Shown here in pieces: positions 56,977-64,000 of a stretch of 64,000 nucleotides of DNA; the stretch's first letter is position 1; every line of letters starts with the position of its first letter. The position numbers and the translations under genes are program-made. This DNA comes from Picochlorum sp. SENEW3 (Eukaryota). The stretch covers positions 992,001 to 1,056,000 of the forward strand of contig CP120454.1 of assembly GCA_034226945.1 (NCBI GenBank), written 5' to 3'. A model generated the notes under the pieces. That model saw only the letters and a list, made by a program, of their open reading frames with translations. It did no database searches and was not told where the DNA came from.

Positions 56977-59385
56977 TCAGATGCATGCTTTTTTAACACG
57001 TGCCATGTTTTGGTTCATCTCGTCAAAAGTCCTTTGAAGAGCACGCTTGTGTGGACTTGCTAATGGGCATGTCGACGAGTTTAGAGCATCAACGAGCCCT
57101 TGGATTGACTTTGAAGCCTCTTTGAGCCGCACGGCAATATCATCCGGAATATCCTGGCGAATCGGTATGCTTTTGGGTTTGCATGGAGGTTTGAGTGCAT
57201 GGGTGCCAAGTGCATTGGATATGTCAGACAGGATGCTCGTCTTCTGGGCGAATATCACTCCATTATCCTCCGCTTCTTCCCTCAAAGCCCACTTACCTAT
57301 CGTGAGATACTTCTGCAATCTATCTTTGAACGATTGCGTGATACCTTGCCCAGTAACAAAACTGTCAGGAAGCACACGGGTCATGTCCTCTTGAGGGCAT
57401 TCACTAATATACTCCAAATAGCTCTTCATCGCCAGATATTGCAGAGGGTACGAATCTGAAGCTTTGAAAACTTGCGTGAAGATTGATTTCAGCTCGGGTA
57501 TCGAGCATTTATTTGGAGATACATGCAGCATGCTCAACAGCCACCCTGCAGTCTTCTGATTTGGAGAAAACTCAAGATGCGACTGATCATGTGGCGCCAG
57601 CATTCCCGGTGGACTAAATTTCTGTATTGAGTCTCGTATCGAATGAAGTAAACTCTCCACTCGCTGCAGATTGCATGCGACGATGGCTCCCTGTGGTCCC
57701 ATGCTGGGAGATGACATGGCCATCTTTTTCAGTATTCCTACGCATGATTGAGCATCTATGATTGGTTTCGACATCCCTTGTGGATGGTTGCAGCAATACA
57801 GCAGTATCTGATATGAAAGTTCAGATAGCCATACGAGGAAACGCGCATTCTCTTCTCGCCATCCAGAGGATGAGAACTGGGCACATGCCTTTCCCATCCA
57901 TGTCACAATCCTTTGAACGTGGCGTGTGGATCCCAAATCCAACTTGGACATGTTGACGCATCGAATGATCAAAACTGCTTCAGAAATACCCCATAGCGAC
58001 ATCTCGTTATGATGTTGCTCGAGAGTAACTGCAGCATCTTGCAAGAGCCTGTCAACTGTGCTTGGCGATGCACAGGAGAGAGCAGATCCTAGCAGGGCAC
58101 ATCCCTGTTCTAAAGAAGCCGAGAGATATCCATGGTCAACGAAAGTCGAACAATATGATGCATTATTGAGCAATGCATCCCGAACCAGACTTGCACATGT
58201 GTACTGAAGAGACAGCCCTCCGCACACCATCAGGTCCATAAAGACTCGACAAAGAATCTCTTCCAGAACTGGATGAGGGCAGAATGAATACCCAATAATC
58301 GTATGGAGACAATCCATTCCTATCCCATTGACATCCACATCGATACACGCTGATATAAATTCGAAAATCGCATCTTCCACCAGCTCCAAATCCATGCATG
58401 CATGCATCCGTACAATGGTCACACTCACCTCTAACACTGATTCAAACAGCGGCACCATCGAGGCATACACATGCTTCTCAAATCGTTCCGATTGAGCCAA
58501 AATATAGCAAACAATCTTCCGTATTTGATCTGATGTCGTCCCACCTCTGCGCATCCGCACTGTTACTGGCCGGACAAATGTTGATGCAATCACAGACCCC
58601 TGCACTTGATTCAAACAGGACACCAGCGCCCGCACGACAAACATCCCCATATCATCATCCACATTATCCATGGATATGTAGTCGACAGCCCACGTCCAAA
58701 ACGACTCAAGAACTCCTTCAACGGCCCCTGGCGACCCCTTCACCAACCTGCCAAAGTTGGATAGCCAGAATTGAACAAGTTTCCTACACGCCTTGTCTTC
58801 TACATGGCCTTCTTTCGCCATATTTACGGTTTCTTTCATACAATCAAGTAGAACACCACATGTTGCTGCTTTGGACACCCCATAGCACCCCAAAGCATCT
58901 TCCAGCGTTGCTGGAATACTCGACCACATACCACTAATTCCTGTCCATACTGCATTGGCAAGACCATAATGCACCAGCTTTGGATCTTCTCTCTTCTCTT
59001 TTCGCGATATTATATCAGAAATATCACATCCAAATCGTTGCAGCATTTGAAGGTGTTCTGCGAGCACATTGGCCAGCTCCTCATCCACAGGCTGGTATGT
59101 TGCTGCTGCTCCAAGAAGAGGGAGATACCCCTGACTCAATATATTCTTCACTCGACCCTGCCAACCCGCATCAGTCTTCCCAGGACTACAACATAGTGTT
59201 TTCATAAGCCTATGAAGATCCCCGCCCCAACCCTCCAATACACTCGGCCCAACGACATGGAGTTCATCTGACAGGTTACGCAGCACTCCCAAAAGGCTGC
59301 AAGCGCCCTCCTGCTGCCCTAGACCATTCAAAAAACTATGTTCTAATGAACTGCATTCATGTTGTATCCGACTACATGGACTCAT
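56977..59385 (-). CDS. Unknown helical (ARM/HEAT-like) protein, weak resemblance to FLIP/C1orf112
   Basis: 802-aa uninterrupted ORF, Leu/Cys-rich helical pattern; family assignment not secure. Confidence 0.6.
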   Translation of the reverse strand: MSPCSRIQHECSSLEHSFLNGLGQQEGACSLLGVLRNLSDELHVVGPSVLEGWGGDLHRLMKTLCCSPGKTDAGWQGRVKNILSQGYLPLLGAAATYQPVDEELANVLAEHLQMLQRFGCDISDIISRKEKREDPKLVHYGLANAVWTGISGMWSSIPATLEDALGCYGVSKAATCGVLLDCMKETVNMAKEGHVEDKACRKLVQFWLSNFGRLVKGSPGAVEGVLESFWTWAVDYISMDNVDDDMGMFVVRALVSCLNQVQGSVIASTFVRPVTVRMRRGGTTSDQIRKIVCYILAQSERFEKHVYASMVPLFESVLEVSVTIVRMHACMDLELVEDAIFEFISACIDVDVNGIGMDCLHTIIGYSFCPHPVLEEILCRVFMDLMVCGGLSLQYTCASLVRDALLNNASYCSTFVDHGYLSASLEQGCALLGSALSCASPSTVDRLLQDAAVTLEQHHNEMSLWGISEAVLIIRCVNMSKLDLGSTRHVQRIVTWMGKACAQFSSSGWREENARFLVWLSELSYQILLYCCNHPQGMSKPIIDAQSCVGILKKMAMSSPSMGPQGAIVACNLQRVESLLHSIRDSIQKFSPPGMLAPHDQSHLEFSPNQKTAGWLLSMLHVSPNKCSIPELKSIFTQVFKASDSYPLQYLAMKSYLEYISECPQEDMTRVLPDSFVTGQGITQSFKDRLQKYLTIGKWALREEAEDNGVIFAQKTSILSDISNALGTHALKPPCKPKSIPIRQDIPDDIAVRLKEASKSIQGLVDALNSSTCPLASPHKRALQRTFDEMNQNMARVKKACI

Positions 59386-59683
59386 GATGCAGAATATCGG
59401 TAAACGGTCTCAAACTGACAACGACCACCAGAACAAGAAACCACTGGCCTTCTTGTCTTTGCTACACATCCAGAATTCCATTCCATATACTATTATTTGT
59501 GAAAATTCACGCAGGTGTCAGTTTACAGGCCTTGCATATGATTTCTAATTCTTTTTATCGGAACTGTATCAAATGTTGGAGATGCCATGGACGCAATTTG
59601 AAATACACCTAGGCTCTCTTTCTCTCTCTCTGGTGTCTGATATAGTATTGATACGTGAAAAAGTAATCCTTTAGTCAATTGGT

Positions 59684-60366
59684 ATGAATACGGCAAAATC
59701 AGGCAGTGGGTTGGCCTCGCCAAAGAATGTGTTGCAATTCTTGCATGTCGTTGAAAACCTCAAAGTACGCTTGCTTTCTATTACCATAGACTCCTGAGTG
59801 GGAGTATTTTTTAATCATAATAAGTACCTAAGATTTGTACCAAAATCCAATCATGATGTTTGCAGAAAACACCGAGAACCGGGTGGGTGAAAAGGCAGGT
59901 TGCTCAACCAGAAAGCATTGCAGATCACATGTACAGAATGTCTCTCATGTCGCTCTTAATGGATGGATCGGATGAATATAACTATATGCATTGCATCAAA
60001 CTATCAATCGTGCATGATCTTGCTGAATGCATTGTTGGTGACATTACACCTACATGTGGTGTATCAGATGGGGATAAACATGCCATGGAGGCCAAAGCTA
60101 TGGACGATATTGGCAATATACTCGGAGACTGTGCTGCAAAAGACCACATTCAAGCATTGTGGCGAGAGTATGAGGCAGGAGAGACTCCAGAAGCCAAGTT
60201 GGTCAAGGATTTTGACAAGTTTGAAATGATTGTACAGGCACATGAATATGAACAGGCACAGGGGGCAGAACTGCAGGAATTCTTCGATTCAACGGCAGGA
60301 AAATGGAGAACACCAGTAGGAGAAGCATTAGCAGCGGCATTATACTCGGAACGAGGAAAGGAATGA
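59684..60366 (+). CDS. HDDC2: HD-domain 5'-deoxynucleotidase, 2 exons
   Basis: Intron 59765-59865; LKKTPRTGWV, ESIADHMYRM, VHDLAECIVGDITP, VKDFDKFEM. Confidence 0.93.
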
Positions 60367-60367
60367 T

Positions 60368-60808
60368 TTACATATTCTCCAACAGTTTTAATGGAGCAAT
60401 AATACTTGATTTCTGGGTGTCCACAACCCACCCATTTGCCACCATCTCATCGATGATGGCGTACGCCATATCCAAACTAAACATGATGTCGAGTTCACAG
60501 ACATTCCCAAACCACCGATCCATGGCTTCCACCATGCAATGAATACATTCCAGCATGGCAAGCTCATTGTCTTCTCCATCCACACCAATCATGAAGAATA
60601 GACTCGCATATCGCCTGTATATAATCCTAGTGCCGCAGTGTTCTACAGAATTACAGTCCTTGTCCGGCCGTTTAAGACATTTCCGCACAATCTCTGCCTC
60701 AAAAAGAAGCCTAGCGTCCCCTGCTGCTGGGACTCGTTTCGTATCGAAATACTTGGACAACCGGGTCTGCCCCTGTTTATTCACAAGAAGGATAAACTTT
60801 ATAGTCAT
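60368..60808 (-). CDS. AP4S1: AP-4 adaptor complex sigma subunit
   Basis: IKFILLVNKQGQTRL, YRRYASLFF, NELA, FGNVCELDIMF. Confidence 0.9.
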   Translation of the reverse strand: MTIKFILLVNKQGQTRLSKYFDTKRVPAAGDARLLFEAEIVRKCLKRPDKDCNSVEHCGTRIIYRRYASLFFMIGVDGEDNELAMLECIHCMVEAMDRWFGNVCELDIMFSLDMAYAIIDEMVANGWVVDTQKSSIIAPLKLLENM

Positions 60809-61162
60809 ATCGCTGAGATATAAATCGTGATTGACACGTGGGGCACTATGTGACTGTATCTATCAATCTTTCTGGTGTTGTATGTGGAAACGACCAAAAC
60901 CTTCTCGCCCTCTCTCTCTTTCTCCCTATGTATATGTCGATTCAGGTAGCCGCATAAAAGTCTGTCTCATCTCCATAGTATTACATGCATTCATTATTCT
61001 AGACTAGATACACGTGTTGTATCCATGTAAGAAACCATGGAAAAGTACCGTAAATAGAGAGTTTAAAACGACCATTGAAAAGTCAGACTCTGGAGCTGTA
61101 GGCAGAACCCATCCATCGCATGCGTCTACTTTCAATATTTCTTTCTGAATACAAAAATCAAG

Positions 61163-62367
61163 ATGTTTGTCAACTTTTTTGGAGTGGTTCTCAAGCCAGG
61201 TACGGTGATATACACAGCATGCAGTCATCAAGATGCATGGAATCATGGATCGGTGCTCAACCTTCAATCCAGTGTTCCATCCATGTGCCAAATGTCTTTC
61301 ATGTGAACTATTATTTCACAAATTTGATATAGTAAAAACTAAGGATGTGTTCTTCAACAATTGTCCGTAGATGCTCCCACAGCAGTGTGTGTTCAGGATG
61401 ACACCGGCAGTGATGAGGACGAGATTGACTACAGGACCAGCAAGACGGTGCATTTGACTCAGTTGGCGTTGCCGGGGTCTGCGAAACAAGGCAATCACAC
61501 CGTGTTTCTTGAGGATGAGGATGGTCAGAGTTATGTTTTGGGTACCTTGAATATTAACACGTGTCCAAATGTGAAGCTTGACCTTCCTCTGGTTGATCAG
61601 GAGCTGATGCTAAAACTGGAAGGTCCTTCTGAAGTTCATGTGACTGGGTATGAAATGGTGTCGTTCCCTGAGGATGATGATGAAGATGGCTATGATTCAG
61701 AGGATGATTATGAGTATGGTGGGTTGGCATGTTTTTGGTGTGGCTTTCTTTTGTGAGATGACAGCATGATGTTTTTTTTTTGGATGCAGCGCATTTATTG
61801 TCAGGAAGTGACGACGACGACGATGATGAGGACGATGATGAAGACGATGATGAAGACGACAGTGATGAGGATGATGATGCCCCAGAAGGAATTCCCTTGG
61901 GAATGCGAGAACTGCCTTCTCCTGATGAGGATGATGAATTCGATGGCGATGATATCAACGACTCTGATATAGACATGGATGAGGATGATGAGGAAGATGA
62001 TGAGAGTGATGATGAAGATGACGAGAGTGATGAGGAAGACGAGAGTGACAGCGATGAGGAAGAAAAGGAAGCCATGAAGAAGAGGGCTGGAAAACTGTTG
62101 ACGCCGCAGCCAAGCAAGAAGACTAAAGTGGACAATGCTCCAGCCACTGCACCAAGCAAAGTCAGCACGAAAAAAGCTCCCACAAATGAGCAAGAATACA
62201 CCAAAGCTTTGAAAGAATACTTGAAAGAAAATGGTCCATCCAAACTCGCCACACTGGGATCATCTATTAAGAGACCTCCAGCTGTGCCAAAACTCAAGAG
62301 ATTCCTGTCAACCCATGCTAGTGATTTTGTCTACAACCAGAAAAATGATACTGTATCCCTTGCGTGA
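61163..62367 (+). CDS. Nucleoplasmin-like (NPL) domain protein with long acidic tract (HD2/FKBP53-like N-terminus), 3 exons
   Basis: FFGVVLKP; introns 61200-61370 and 61719-~61789/61804; VHLTQLAL, LGTL, VHVTGY; D/E tract; TP motif. Confidence 0.8.
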
Positions 62368-62644
62368 TGACATGTTTTTATAGCAAGTATTTCTGGGGTA
62401 TTTTTCTGCGAGCATGATTGAATGTTTCATATACTATATTATGATGGATTGCAATTAGCACATGTAATGCCTCTCATATATGTATATAAAGAGCCAAGTG
62501 GTGCACTGTATTTGATTGATTCCACATATACATGTGTGAAGCCATAGATCTGGCAAGATCTACAATTCATGAATCATGGTGAAACTTCCATTCAAAGTCA
62601 TGAGGCGATACTTTATAAACTAAAAAAAGTAAGAATCAAAGACA

Positions 62645-64000
62645 ATGACTGCGAGTGAAGAGAAAAATGAGGAGGAGAAGAAGAGGACGTTTGAGGAGGT
62701 TTGTGTTTGAATGCATAATACTGCTGCGTCCGTTACCTTACAGAACAAGATGAGGCATTAATTGATATCATGGTGTTCATTTATATATAGGAGAAATCGT
62801 ATATTGAAAAACTAAGTTCCAATCACTACAAAATCCGCCAAGGCTTTGTGCCCAACATGCGAGTCCCTGGCATTGTCTACGTCAATGAGAACCTGGACGA
62901 CTTGCTGTTTGATGAATTGAAGGCTGCTTGCGATCGCGGTGAGCATGGAGGTGGATTTTTGCCAGCAGTGAAACAGATTGCAAACGTGGCCGCGCTGCCT
63001 GGAATTGTGTCGGTATGTGACCATGCCTGCTGAGCAGCCTTTTTATTTCCCTATGAATCACATGTTCTCATCTTTACAATGCGTGCAGCATTCTGTGGCT
63101 ATGCCTGATGTTCACAGTGGATATGGTTTTGCAATCGGTAATGTTGCCGCGTTTGATATGAGCGATCCGGAGGCAGTTGTGTCACCAGGAGGGGTTGGGT
63201 TTGATATCAACTGTGGTGTTCGCCTCATTCGGACGAATTTGATGGAATCGGATGTTCTTCCGGTGAAAGAGTTGTTGGCCCAGACATTATTTGATCATAT
63301 TCCTGTTGGTGTTGGTTCTCAGGGGATTTTGCCGACGACTCGACAGGATTTGGAAGAGGTGTTGGAAATGGGCATGGATTGGTCCCTGCGAGAGGGATAC
63401 TCATGGGCAGAGGATAAAGAGCATTGCGAAGAATACGGGAGAATGTTGAATGCAGATCCTTCAAAGGTTTCTGCAAGAGCAAAAAAGCGTGGTTTGCCGC
63501 AAATGGGGACTCTTGGCGCAGGTAATCACTATGCAGAGATTCAAATTGTAGACGAGATTTTTGATCATGCAGCAGCTGAGAAGATGGGGATACATACTCT
63601 GGGACAGGTGTGCATTATGATTCACTCTGGGTCAAGAGGTCTCGGCCATCAGGTCGCAACAGACTCAATGTTTGCCATGGAAAAGAGCATGAAGAGAGAT
63701 GGCATTCAACTTAATGATAGACAACTGGCATGTGCTCGCATCACCAGCCCAGAGGGACAAGAGTATCTTGCAGCAATGGCATGTGCAGCAAATTATGCAT
63801 GGGTGAATAGATCAGCCATGACATTTTTATGTAGACAAGCGTTTGCAAAAGTATTTGAAAAGACGCCAAATGAACTAGACATGCATGTGGTCTATGATGT
63901 CAGTCACAACATTGCCAAGGTGGAAGATCACATGGTGGATGGAGAACTCAAGACATTGTTGGTACATCGGAAGGGGTCTACACGAGCTTTTCCTCCACAC
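62645..64000 (+). CDS. RTCB: RNA-splicing ligase RtcB (eukaryotic HSPC117 type), truncated by window end
   Basis: Introns 62699-62790 and ~63013-63088; [62 protein letters not shown]. Confidence 0.95.

Noticed and set aside
61806..62060. GAT/GAC/GAG low-complexity run
   Set aside because: It simply encodes the acidic tract of the NPL protein.

Overview
Gene-dense eukaryotic nuclear DNA from a compact-genome green alga. PsbS, COP1, CDSP32, short GT-AG introns, TGTAA poly(A)-type signals and tiny intergenic gaps suggest a Picochlorum-like trebouxiophyte (inference). About 40 protein-coding genes can be modelled, mostly housekeeping (RPS13, eIF6, fumarase, UTP7, DDX41, Ub-RUB1, CKS1, CDKAL1, TIM22, FabD, CNOT9, SYP3, AP4S, RtcB and others). 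No tRNA, rRNA, CRISPR array or transposase was recognised. Most interesting: (1) a cell-surface block at 24.4-34.8 kb with a sulfotransferase, a KOBITO-like glycosyltransferase, a secreted protein of ~18 Cys repeats, an LRR-LysM-lectin-lectin-TM-Raf-like receptor kinase and a myristoylated EF-hand protein; (2) three structured-RNA candidates at the RPS13 locus, including an unassigned ~225-nt multibranch fold and an intronic hairpin complementary to 18S helix 22; (3) a catalytically dead, probably surface-anchored RNase T2 between two gene-converted paralogs; (4) a carbohydrate-binding-module/sucrose-phosphatase-like fusion; (5) a duplicated terminal coding segment with synonymous-only changes. 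All family calls come from motif recognition by eye; no searches or folding programs were run.
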